Shown: piece by piece, positions 38,829 to 50,951 of the stretch
Layout of the letters: the number at the start of each line of letters is the position of its first letter
Position numbering within the stretch: position 1 is the stretch's first letter
DNA from: Macrostomum lignano
Lineage: Eukaryota
Direction: 5' to 3'
NCBI GenBank assembly: GCA_002269645.1
Contig: NIVC01003095.1
Coordinates: forward strand, 1 to 64,000
DNA: 64,000 bases
Translations under genes and position numbers: made by a program
The notes under the pieces: generated by a model
Database searches by the model: none
What the model was told of the DNA's origin: nothing
The model's input: the letters and a program-made list of their open reading frames with translations, nothing else

Positions 38829-41800
38829 GAACAGACAGATTAGAAACTCGGACAGTCACAGGAGACACTTGGACAGTCACATCAGACACTCGGAGTCACA
38901 TAAGACACTCGGACAGTCATATCAGACACTCGGACAGTCATATCAGACACTCGGACAGTCATATCAGACACTTGGACAGTCATATCAGACACTCGGACAG
39001 TCACATCAGACACTCGGAGTCACATAAGACACTCGGACAGTCATATCAGACACTTGGACAGTCATATCAGACACTCGGACAGTCACATCAGACACTCGGA
39101 GTCACATAAGACACTCGGACAGTCATATCAGACACTCGGACAGTCATATCAGACACTCGACAGTCATATCAGACACTCGGACAGTCACATAAGACACTTG
39201 GAGTCACATTAGACACTCGGAAAGTCACCTCACACTCGGACATTCACCTCAGACACTCGGACAGTCACCTCAGACACTCGGACAGTCATATCAGACACTC
39301 GGACAGTCTCATCAGACACTCGGACAGTCACCTCAGACACTCGGACAGTCATATCAGACACTCGGACAGTCTCATCAGACACTCGGACAGTCGGACACTC
39401 ACAGGTTGCTGTCCGGCAGCAGCAATCGGATACATGCGGTGCAGTGCACCAACAATGACGCCAACAATCTGGTCATCGGTGAGGCCGGCAGTCCGCATGC
39501 TGGAGCCGCCGAACAGGTGAGCCATAAGGACGCCAGTCTTGCCGTACAGATGCAGATTGAGCAGGTGAACCCGAGGATCCGGGCATTCGAGATGCGGAGC
39601 CTCCAAATCCCAGAACGGCCGGGCGAACCGGAGCACAACTTTGTCGTGAGTTTCGGCGCCGATTTTGGGTATGCCGAGGCGTCCCAGCGCCTGCGTGCGG
39701 ATTCAATTGATGGATAATTGTGTGTGCAGCCTGCTTAGTGCCTGTCTTAAGTGTCTGTCTTGGTGTCTGCCTTTGTGTCTGTCTTGGGTTTTGGTGTCTG
39801 TCTCAGTGTCTGTCTTGGTGTCTGTCTTGGTGTCTGTCTTGGTGTCTGTCTTGGTGTCTGTCTTGGTGTCTGTCTTGGTGTCTGTCTCAGTGTCTGTCTT
39901 AGTGTCTGTCTCAGTGTCTGCCTCAGTGTCTGTCTCAGTGTCTGCCTTGGTGTCTGTCTTGGTGTCTGTCTCAGTGTCTGTCTTGGTGTCTGTCTTGGGT
40001 TTTGGTGTCTGTCTCAGTGTCTGTCCTAGTTCCTGTCTCAGTGCCTGTCTCAGTGCCTGTCTCAGTGTCTGTCTCAGTGCCTGTCTCAGTGCCTGTCTCA
40101 GTGCCTGTCTCAGTGCCTGTCTCAGTGCCTGTCTCAGTGCCTGTCTCAGTGCCTGTCTCAGTGCCTGTCTCAGTGCCTGTCTCAGTGCCTGTCTCAGTGC
40201 CTGTCTCAGTGCCTGTCTCAGTGCCTGTATTAATGTCTGAGTGTCATAGAAAGCCCTCACCTGTCGCTTTGCCCTGGGTAAAGGCGGCGTAAAGGTGACG
40301 CTGCTATCATCGTGCAGCCCTTTCAACACGCCGGCAGGTAGGGAGACAACGCAGCAATGCCGAGCTTTGAAGACTTGACCGTCTTGGCTTCGGACAGAAA
40401 CCGGACGTCCGGCTGTCCAGTCAATTGCTCGGACAGGACAGGACAGACGAATGTCCAAACCTTTGGATAGGAAGTCTGTGATGGCCGAGAAACCGCTTAC
40501 CTGAGGTTTTACAGATTTGGAGAGTTGTACGTATTGATGTGAGCCAAAATACTCTGTTGAAATCCATTCTGATGCTTCCCGGACAAGTGAGTCCTTCAGA
40601 GATTCTTTAGGAAGGAGGGAAAGCCCCGAATTCTTTAGGAAGGAGGGAAGTCCCGAATTCTTTAGGAAGGAGGGAAGTCCCGAATTCTTTAGGAAGGAGG
40701 GAAAGCCCCGAATTCTTTAGGAAAGAGGGAAAGCCCCGAATTCTTTAGGAAGGAGGGAAAGCCCCGAATTCTTTAGGAAAGAGGGAAAGCCCCGAATTCT
40801 TTAGGAAAGAGGGAAAGCCCCGAATTCTTTAGGAAAGAGGGAAAGCCCCGAATTCTTTAGGAAAGAGGGAAAGCCCCGAATTCTTTAGGAAAAAAGGGAA
40901 AGCCCCGAATTCTTTAGGAAAGAGGGAAAGCCCCGAATTCTTTAGGAAGGAGGGAAAGCCCCGAATTCTTCAGGAAAAAAGGGAAAGCCCCGAATTCTTT
41001 AAGAAAGAGGGAAAGCCCCGAATTCTTTAGGGAACATAGAAATCCCCTGATTCCTCATCGAACAGGGAAATCCCCTGATTCCTCAGCGAACAGGGAAATC
41101 CCCTGATTCCTCAGCGAACAGGGAAATCCCTTGATTCCTCAGCGAACAGGGAAATCCCCTGATTCCTCAGCGAACGGGGAAATCCTCCAATTTCTAAGGG
41201 AACAGGGAAATCCTCTAATTACTAAGTGAACAGGGAAATCCTCCAATTTCTAAGTGAACAGGGAAATCCTCCAATTTCTAAGTGAACAGGGAAATCCTCC
41301 AATTTCTAAGTGAACAGGGAAATCCTCCAATTTCTAAGTGAACAGGGAAATCCTCCAATTTCTAAGTGAACAGGGAAATCCTCCAATTTTTAAGTGAACG
41401 GGGAAATCCTCCAATTTCTAAGGGAACAGGGAAATCCTCCAATTTCTAAGTGAACAGGGAAATCCTCCAATTTCTAAGGGAACAGGGAAATCCTCCAATT
41501 TCTAAGGGAACAGGGAAATCCTCCAATTTCTAAGGGAACAGGGAAATCCTCCAATTTCTAAGTGAACGGGGAAATCCTCCAATTTCTAAGTGAACAGGGA
41601 AATCCTCCAATTTCTAAGGGAACAGGGAAATCCTCCAATTTCTAAGTGAACGGGGAAATCCTCCAATTTCTAAGTGAACAGGGAAATCCTCCAATTTCTA
41701 AGTGAACAGGGAAATCCTCCAATTTCTAAGTGAACAGGGAAATCCTCCAATTTTTAAGTGAACGGGGAAATCCTCCAATTTCTAAGGGAACAGGGAAATC

Positions 41801-44800
41801 CTCCAATTTCTAAGTGAACAGGGAAATCCTCCAATTTTTAAGTGAACGGGGAAATCCTCCAATTTCTAAGGGAACAGGGAAATCCTCCAATTTCTAAGTG
41901 AACAGGGAAATCTTCCAATTTCTAAGTGAACAGGGAAATCCTCCAATTTTTAAGTGAACGGGGAAATCCTCCAATTTCTAAGGGAACAGGGAAATCCTCC
42001 AATTTCTAAGTGAACAGGGAAATCCTCCAATTTCTAAGGGAACAGGGAAATCCTCCAATTTCTAAGGGAACAGGGAAATCCTCCAATTTCTAAGGGAACA
42101 GGGAAATCCTCCAATTTTTAAGTGAACGGGGAAATCCTCCAATTTCTAAGTGAACAGGGAAATCCTCCAATTTCTAAGGGAACAGGGAAATCCTCCAATT
42201 TCTAAGTGAACGGGGAAATCCTCCAATTTCTAAGTGAACAGGGAAATCCTCCAATTTCTAAGTGAACAGGGAAATCCTCCAATTTCTAAGTGAACAGGGA
42301 AATCCTCCAATTTTTAAGTGAACGGGGAAATTCTCCAATTTCTAAGTGAACGGGGAAATCCTCCAATTTCTAAGTGAACAGGGAAATCCTCCAATTTCTA
42401 AGGGAACAGGGAAATCCTCCAATTTTTAAGTGAACGGGGAAATCCTCCAATTTCTAAGGGAACAGGGAAATCCTCCAATTTCTAAGGGAACAGGGAAATC
42501 CTCCAATTTCTAAGTGAACAGGGAAATCCTCCAATTTCTAAGGGAACAGGGAAATCCTCCAATTTCTAAGTGAACAGGGAAATCCTCCAATTTCTAAGTG
42601 AACAGGGAAATCCTCCAATTTCTAAGTGAACAGGGAAATCCTCCAATTTCTAAGTGAACAGGGAAATCCTCCAATTTCTAAGGGAACAGGGAAATCCTCC
42701 AATTTCTAAGGGAACAGGGAAATCCTCCATTTTATAAGTGAACAGGGAAATCCCTTAAACTCCCCAGAGACCAAATCTTTATACGCGGCACTCACAACAA
42801 GCCTATCCTCGTGTCGCTGCTTGGGCTTAACAGCCACGCAAATGTCAGGCTTACTCGCCGACCGCAGCTTATCTCGCAGATATTGCACAAAGCGTTCCCT
42901 CTCGCCCGTAGGCGGATAGTCCGGATCAGTGTGATAGGCCAGCGCTAGATAGGCATCGTAGCCAATCAGACTGACTTCGCTAGCCGGCAGTCGATGAAAC
43001 GGATTCACGTAGGCAATTAGGCGAGCGCACAGTGAGCTGAATATGCCTTGCTCAAGTGGCGTCAGTAATTGGTTTGGTCGGCGGCCGTTTTGACAGTGCA
43101 TCTTTAGTATGGCGCTGAAATCAGGTAACTTACAAAGTTATAGATATGAAAATGTTCTTAAATGTTCTTAAATTTAAAATGATCTTAAATTCAAATGCGA
43201 TTGGGAGCACTTGATAAAACAATTTCTATTTGTCTGTCTACCTTATGGAGAAAGGTAAAGCTATCATATAATGTGTAGTATATATTCATCTCTTTAACCC
43301 CTCGTAGATTGCACACCATTGGCGGCAATATGGGCACCTATTAGGTAGTTAGGTAGGTAGGTAGGTAAGCAGATTTGTAAGGAGGTAGTAGTTACGTAGG
43401 TAGGTAGGTCGATAGGTAGGTAGGTAGGTAGGTAGATAGGTAGGTAGGTAGGTAGACAGAGAGGTAGGTAGATGGACACGTAGGTAGATCGATAGGTAGA
43501 TACGCAGGTAGGTAGACAGGCAGGTAGATAGGTAGATCGGTAGGTAGATAGGTAAGTGGATAGGTAGGGAGATACGCAGGTAGGCAGATAGGTAGGTAGG
43601 TAGATAGATAGGTAAGGGGTTGTAGCCTAGTGGTGAGAGCGGCGGACTCACAACTGAAAGGTCGGGGGTTCGATTCCTGACCCACTCGGAACAATTTGTG
43701 TCCTTGAGTAAGACACCTAACTATGCATTGCTTCAGTTCACCCAGCTGTAAAATGGGTGCCAGCATTAATATCTGAAGATCATGACTGAATAGAACACTA
43801 CATCCTAAAAAAACGTTCAGAACTCACCGAGTCGAAGCGCGAAACACGGACTGCAGCGGCACCCAAGCGGGATTTCTCAGCCTCCTAACCGAGGCCAAGC
43901 AGTGCATCAGGCACTGGTCAAACAGAAAACAGACATCAGCCACAGTTTCCAATGGAATCTCATTGCCACTGTCCAAATCTCGCCAGACGGCCACTTCGGC
44001 TGATTCCCAGCCGCGATATTTGTCGCCCAGATCGGCTGGGGCTACGCAGGTTTGCACTTTTAAATGCCTGTGGATTGATTGTTGAAATGTAAAATTGATG
44101 AAATATTGAGGACAAAGCCAAGTATTCCACACACGACTATATTCCTACAATTATTTTGGAAATACGAACATAAGTGTTGTTAGCACTCATTTTGGCGCCG
44201 CAGTAACTCATTTTGGCGCCGCAGGCACTCATTTTGGCGCCGCAGTAACTCATTTTGGCGCCGCAGGCACTCATTTTGGCGCCGCAGTAACTCATTTTGG
44301 CGCCGCAGGCACTCATTTTGGCGCCGCAGGCACTCATTATGGCGCTGCAGGCACTCATTTTAGCGCCACAGGAACTCATTTTAGCGCTAAAAACATACTT
44401 TAGCGCTGACAGCGCTATATTTTGGGGCCCTGAAGCAAAATTTCAACTTCCACAACGGGTCACAAGGTGAGGTCGAGGTGGGGCTATGGAGCCAAAGCAA
44501 AGGCATGCCCCCCATACCTTTTACTGGGAGCATTTTCCTAATGTGCCCCGCTGCTCATATGGGGTGTACAGAGAGGCCTTTGAATTTCCACTCCTGTCAG
44601 GCAAATTACCCTCTTTGTGCCTTGTGGGTTGGCTCTCATGGGTTTTGAATCACACGACAGGAGTCTAAGAAATGGACGGAATTGTTTCAGCGCCGGGTGA
44701 TAGGAAGACGTAACCGAAAACCCACAAACCAACCCAGTTAATATTTATTTACAGAGATAACCAATGAAGTAATCAACTACAAGACCCGCACATCACCCAC

Positions 44801-45444
44801 CTAGCCAAATGAAACAGCGGCTGTTCCAGCTGAGAATTTGAGCAGCCATGCAAATAGTTGGCGCCCAAATCAACTGAAACGGATGGCAGACCGTGCTCTG
44901 CGCTAGCTGGCAGTTCGATAGTGTGAATCCTGCCACCAATCCGATCTCGAGCCTCGAGTACAACGCATCTCAGACCGGCTTTGTGCAGCATCTGAGCAGC
45001 CGCTAAACCGGACACTCCGGCACCAATGATAATCACATCGAACAGAGCCTGGTCTTCATGAGACTCTGGCCCTACAGAGCTACAATCTAAACTTTTCGGA
45101 AATGTCACTAACGACTGTTTTGATGTAGAAGCAGTTGATGATGCTGTCGAAGATGATGAAGAGGATGGAGAAGGCAACACGGAGGCTGGGACAGAGATTA
45201 AGGAAGATTCTATCGATGTATCTCCATCACTGGATCCTTCGGCTGTTGGAGAATCAAAACCGGAGACTGTATTGGCATTAGAGCCGGCTTCAGCATCCAT
45301 ATTTTCCGTTGCAGTAGCATCATTATCGGTAGCTTTAGAAGACAGCTCTTCATTGGCAGCAGAGTCTGATAGCGTGCTTAAATCCTGACGATGTGAACTC
45401 TTCTCGTCTTCCACAGAGTCGAAGTTAGTGCAGCTGCCAACCAT
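38235..45444 (-). CDS. Flavin-containing amine oxidase (polyamine/spermine oxidase-like); exons 45444-44801, 44067-43828, 43114-42796, 40500-40261, 39690-39403, 38624-38235
   Basis: [61 protein letters not shown]...HGAFWSG; junction phases 2,2,0,0,0 all consistent. Confidence 0.92.
38740..39395. repeat. (CAGA)n followed by 21-bp repeat (CAGACACTCGGACAGTCATAT)n
   Basis: Read directly; oxidase intron 5. Confidence 0.93.
39740..40230. repeat. 12-bp repeats (TGTCTTGGTGTC / TGTCTCAGTGCC)
   Basis: Read directly; oxidase intron 4. Confidence 0.94.
40600..42750. repeat. Three adjacent, related 28-bp minisatellites
   Basis: GGGAAAGCCCCGAATTCTTTAGGAAAGA, GGGAAATCCCCTGATTCCTCAGCGAACA, GGGAAATCCTCCAATTTCTAAGTGAACA. 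Confidence 0.95.
43340..43612. repeat. (TAGG)n/(TAGA)n microsatellite
   Basis: Read directly. Confidence 0.92.
43616..43768 (+). mobile_element. SINE family A copy, 3'-truncated, best-preserved tRNA head
   Basis: GGGGTTGTAGCCTAGTGG...GACTCACAACTGAAAGGTCGGGGGTTCGATTCC followed by family A body. Confidence 0.85.
44180..44390. repeat. 21-bp repeat (CACTCATTTTGGCGCCGCAGK)
   Basis: Read directly. Confidence 0.9.
44464..44740 (-). mobile_element. Putative SINE-like element sharing a core motif with family B
   Basis: CCTTGTGGGTTGGCTCTCATGGGTTTTGAATCACACG resembles CCTTGGGGGTTGGCTCTCAAGG at about 9078 and CCTTGGTGGTTGGCCTCTCATGGGTTGTGAATCGCACG at about 32718; head degenerate, no TSD found. Confidence 0.45.
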
Positions 45445-46354
45445 CTGCAGTCTTTAGACTTTTTTATATTAATTATCTTTTATATTGCTACAATCTGGTG
45501 ACTATTAATAATGCTTTTAAGAAATCTGATATAAACTGGAAATAAAAAATGTTCACAGATTCTATATTAAAAGTTACTCAGAAAGTATATAAAAGTATGC
45601 ACTTTTAAAATCTAAGCTTCTTATGCAATAGAGATCCAATGGTATTCGAAATCTTTAAAATAACATTTTGAAATTTTATTGATGATAAATTTTGCTTACC
45701 TTGTTTAAATTGATTAAAAATAGTAGATGTTATTATAGTGTTTAAACAAAGTAATTTTATGGAGCTTTTAGCCTGATGAATCAAAAATAAAAATTACTAT
45801 TCTTTTTTATTTGTGAACTCAGTTTTGTACTAGATAACACCTTTGTAAAGTAGTTTGTTGTAGCTTATTTGATTGACAATATATAATTAACATTGTAACA
45901 AGTAAAATACTGCTTAGGCCAATAATGTATATAAGATGCTAGTAAAAGCATGCTACTGAGGCAACAGAGAGTTTTGATGCCATATGCACATTGTTGTTAG
46001 GTGGAAGGGGCTAAAGTTAAGATGAATCACTTTCAAGGGAAGCTCTTAAGTCCCTGGGGTTAGGGACTAGGATAGGGCTGGGATTGTAGAGGCTAAATTT
46101 AAGATGAATGTTTTCACTTTCATTATGTGGGGAGCTCTTAAGTCCTTAGAATAGAATTGAGGACTCAAGCAACAAAGACATTTTTTGACACTATTGCACA
46201 TTGGCATTGAAATGGGGGGGTTAAAGTCAAGACATGTTTTTATTATCAATGGGCCTACAAAGGGAGCTCTTAAGTACCTGGAGTCAGGGACTCAAACAAT
46301 ATTTTGATAGCATATGCACTTTGTGGTTAGGATAGTAAGGGCTTAAGTTAAGAT

Positions 46355-46761
46355 TAGGGGTCAGACGTGATCACGATCGTGATCACGATTTTGTGAATTC
46401 ACGACCATTTTTTTCATGATCGTTTTTTCCTTGAAACCTGTTCACGACAGTCGTGAATTTTGCTTTATTACATTTTTATTAGAAGTATGACTTTTCTACT
46501 TGGTTTACCAAAATATGTGAACACAAATGTGTAAAAGAGTAATAAATTTTAAATTTGTTGACTTGACAGCATTACCGAGTAGCTATTATCAATTTATAAA
46601 TATTTCTTTTCTTGTTTTGTTATTTTCAACACTTGTAACTTACGGGCTCAAAATACGTGTATGCAAATATAAATTCACGATCACGATCACAATCATGCCC
46701 GACTTTGAAAATTTCACGAAATTTCACGCCCGATCAAAATTTTCTGCTTGTCTGACCTCTA
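46355..46761. mobile_element. hAT-type MITE (407 bp)
   Basis: TIR TAGGGGTCAGAC / GTCTGACCTCTA (11/12); 8-bp TSD GTTAAGAT (46347-54) / TTTAAGAT (46762-69); subterminal TCACGA/TCGTGA repeats. Confidence 0.82.
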
Positions 46762-49700
46762 TTTAAGATGAACAAAGCCAATAGAGAAGAGGATAGAAAA
46801 GGGGACAGAGAAGAGAATACTGCTATTTGCCATTGGACTAGCCTATGCAGTCCCTACAGCTTGAATAGCAGCATTTCAAGTAATAGCTCAAGGCAGAGGA
46901 CCTATAACCAGATAATATGGCTAGCCAATCAAAGTTTTCATCTACACAGTAGGTCAGAAACCTATATCAAGCACACCTTTGTGAAGAGTGCAACATTGGT
47001 TTTGCTGCCTAGACTCATGTGAACCTGCAAAACTAGTATCAATGCTAGTATCAATGCCTGAACAAGCTTTTTAACGAGATCATCTGACTTCTAAAACACC
47101 TGGGTGATTCAAGTGTTATAGATGGCATTTCTAAGTTTTCTAAGCACTGAGAAAGCCATTATATTAATTGGATCGTATTTTGACTCCCAATGAAAAATCA
47201 ATAGTTTTGTTGTGATATCAGTCTAAACTGTAGCATGATTGGAAAAACTTTTAGGATAGCCCTTGTATAAGACCTATGGGCGGCTGGGCCACAATTTGCT
47301 TATCCCTATCTAATCTTAGATAATATAATAACTAACTTATTAGACTAATCAATTATAAAACAAGAACTAAGCCTATAATATATAAATGGGATAATAAACT
47401 ATATTTCTTGGAATATTTAGAGATTAGGCCTAGTTTATAGAGATGATTATATTTTATAGAACTGTTAAATTTGCCTAAAAAATCATTATAAATATAGAAA
47501 ACTTGCATTTTAGCCCAAAATGACTAGGCCTATTTTTTGTAGGAGGCAGACCTAATATATAAATCTTTTTATGTTTTGCATTTCTTATAGAAATTCTAGG
47601 CCTAGGGTAATTCAAATCTATATACACAAAAAGAAAACTAGGGGCCTATACATGGTCTAATTAGTTTGATTTATTTTTTTACATATATGATTTATTCATC
47701 TTTTGATAGATATTTTCAAATAGGAACAAAACAAAAATCCTAACAAACTTGTCACCAAAACAACTTGTCATCTAAACGACTAGTAGGCCTACCCATGCTA
47801 GGTACCAAAAGCATAGAGTACCAAAAAGCATAGGTACTGAGGTGCCAAAAGGCATAGAAACCTAGATTTAGATCTAGGGGATTCTAGGCTTACTATTATA
47901 ACATTCATTTTCATAATTATTAATAATAAATAAAGCTTTAGAAAATTAGATTCAATGTTAAGTCAATTTTTTACATAATAAAACTCAATTAATTAGGCCT
48001 ATTTATCATAAAAATGTCCTATAGGCCTAAGTATAGGCTATAAGGCTATCTAAAACCATAGGCTTATATTGAATGGAATAGCTCAGCAGCTGCAGCCTTA
48101 GCTCATTGGTTTTTTGAATTATATTTTATAATTCTTAGCTGACTGTGTTAACAATATTATATAAAACTAGGAGATACGCATTCAGCAACCTAGCTGGTGC
48201 CTGGTTGTTTGTTTGTCTGCCCACTTAGCTTTAGATAAAAGATGTATCACAAATTACTAATAATAATAGAGATGATAAAATATATTCATAAACCATAGGG
48301 CCTAAGCATAAGTCAAGCTGTGCCATTCATTTTTATAATTTTGGAACTATTGTCTCCACCTATACAATATACAGATTATATACAGGTCAGTGTCACTGTC
48401 AAGCTTTGTTCACCATTTTACTTCTTTAAGGATGCTAAAATTAGAAATAATTAAAGTTGCAAGTTTCACTTTCTAGCCCATGCGACGCACCACTGCTAGT
48501 GATGGGCCCCGCTAAGTTTAGTGCCGCTATCAAGCATTTCGGTACGGTGCAGCTAATTTGAACACTTTAAATCTGTAAGAGGCTAGAGCCACTTCGAAAG
48601 GCCCTATAATGGCAAAAGTCATTTTCTTAGAAACCAGTAAATTAGCGGTACTAAATCTGAACTCACTAAATAATACAAAATTTAATCTAACATAATACTT
48701 CGTTACATACACGAATATCTATTTGAAAATATTTTCTGTTATTTATACTTTTTAGTAACACTATTAGTTTATATTTGTTAATGTTGGTAAATAGCGACGA
48801 TAAGTATAATTCTGCTACTTTGCCCTGGTCGTGTAGTTCTTGCCCTTCTTCTTCTTCTTCTTCCCTTTATTTGCCTTTCGGCATTGGTACATTCACCCGC
48901 ACCAAGCAGGTCCGGCCGGTCAGTCTAGGCACTCACTTTTTCCTATGGCCCGCCAGATTGTTGGTAGTTGTACGTTATAGTAGTATGGTGTTGTGCTACA
49001 GGCCGGATCGCGACTCTGATTACACAGTGAACGAGCCGAAGATGGCTTCAGTCAACTGGCCGGACTGACTTCAGACTCTGAGCGAGGGATCGCGTCAAGA
49101 GACTTGATTAGCCCGTCCCTATTGCACGAATTAATCCCCGCCAGTCCCTCAAATGAGAAAAACGCGCGACTCACTCGACCTTTATCTTCACGAAGCAGCG
49201 GCGATGGCAGTAGGGGAGGCTTCTCTCAACTTCGCTCTTCAGTTCTGGCTGAGTAACTTCTGAGTAACTGCGTATAACTTCGGGTCTTATTGCAGTACTA
49301 GAACTTATGGCTGTGTCTTGCACAATTCAACCAAAAAGATGCCTCCCCTACTGCCGCTCCTGCATATATTTATATTGGCGCTAGCTGGTTAAGCCCTGGG
49401 GTATCGCTACCCCAGGCTCAGCTAGCCAAAATTACGATCGTCTTATAAAAGTTACAAAGCCGGGGTCGCGATTGGAGGGAGAAAAGAATATAAACCGATA
49501 TTGGCTGGACCACCAGCCAATCGCAGGGCGAGCGAGGGGCGCACTGGAGCCGCAGCCAGCCAAAACCGGCTGGCCTAACAAACAGTGGGGTTGGGTGCAA
49601 CTGGGGGGTTGACGCAGACAGAATGGGGGGGGGTGACGCAAACAGAATTGGGGGGTTGCCCTACTCTCCTTGCATGGATAAATCATGGATGAAGCATCCA

Positions 49701-50074
49701 TGATGCCATGTATGGATCATACCTGAACATGTATGGAGCCATACCTGATCATACATGGTTCCACGTAAACTTCATCCATGGTTACTTTCCATCCATGTAC
49801 ATTGATGTATGATTTTAAATATAATTTTCCTTACTACACTACTGTTAGTAGAACGCAATGTTTGCGTAGGTTCATTTTAAAGCTGAAATTTTCTAAACAA
49901 ATTCGGCAGCATCTTTAGTGCTGCTGAGAAATATGTTTCCATTCCCTTATAAATCACTTTCAAAACAAAAAAGTATCAGAACAAATACTTATGCAATTAA
50001 ATGTAGAAGTAATTGAAAACTCGTATGATGACCATTTCGAGACTTATATTATTAATGATAATTAGGCATAATTC

Positions 50075-50622
50075 ATTTCAAAGTACTGTAAGAAAAAATA
50101 AGACAGCTCAGTCTCAGAGAGCTTTAAAATACAGAATGGACAGAATTTGACGCATTTCAAGGTACTGTAAGAAAAAATAAGACAGCTCAGAGAGCTTTAA
50201 AATACAGAATAGACAGAATTTGACGCATTTCAAGGTACTGTAAGAAAAAATAAAACAGCTCAGAGAGCTTTAAAATACAGAATAGACAGAATTTGACGCA
50301 TTTCAAGGTACTGTAAGAAAAAATAAAACAGCTCAGAGAGCTTTAAAATACAGAATAGACAGAATTTGACGCATTTCAAGGTACTGTAAGAAAAAATAAA
50401 ACAGCTCAGAGAGCTTTAAAATACAGAATAGACAGAATTTGACGCATTTCAAGGTACTGTAAGAAAAATAAAACAGCTCAGAGAGCTTTAAGATACAGAA
50501 TAGACAGAATTTGACGCATTTCAAGGTACTGTAAGAAAAAATAAAACAGCTCAGAGAGCTTTAAGATACAGAATAGACAGAATTTGACGCATTTCAAGGT
50601 ACTGTAAGAAAAAATAAAACAG
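50075..50622. repeat. 73-bp tandem repeat inside the transposon, about 7 copies
   Basis: CAAGGTACTG recurs at 50158, 50231 and onward. Confidence 0.93.
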
Positions 50623-50951
50623 TAAATTTTACTGAACAGTCAATAAATAGAATTAGCCGAATTCGGTACGCATTAAGGGCAAGGGCCGACTAATCCTTTA
50701 CGAAACGAAGTTAATGCTGCATTAGTCAATTATTTGCGCACAGAAACTTGGAGATTTTGAATATGGAGAGATCGGACAAAGAGAGGTAACGGTGGGAGTC
50801 TGAGAGGGAGGAAGTTGGGCATCTGGAAAGTTATTCTGATTCCCTGATGGTTTTATCTTGGTCATGGAGCATAATTTTATTTTCTGCCAGACTTTGCAGC
50901 ATTAATAATAAAATAATCGGATCTAAGGTACGGACACATACTCGTACCTTT

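Noticed and set aside
43616-43690. tRNA-Val(CAC)-like gene
   Set aside because: Acceptor stem does not pair and the sequence continues into the SINE A body.
48496-48530. TAGTGATGGG hAT-like terminus
   Set aside because: No partner inverted end found.
49395-49425. Helitron 3' end (hairpin plus CTAG)
   Set aside because: CTAG is not followed by T on either strand and no matching 5' end was seen.
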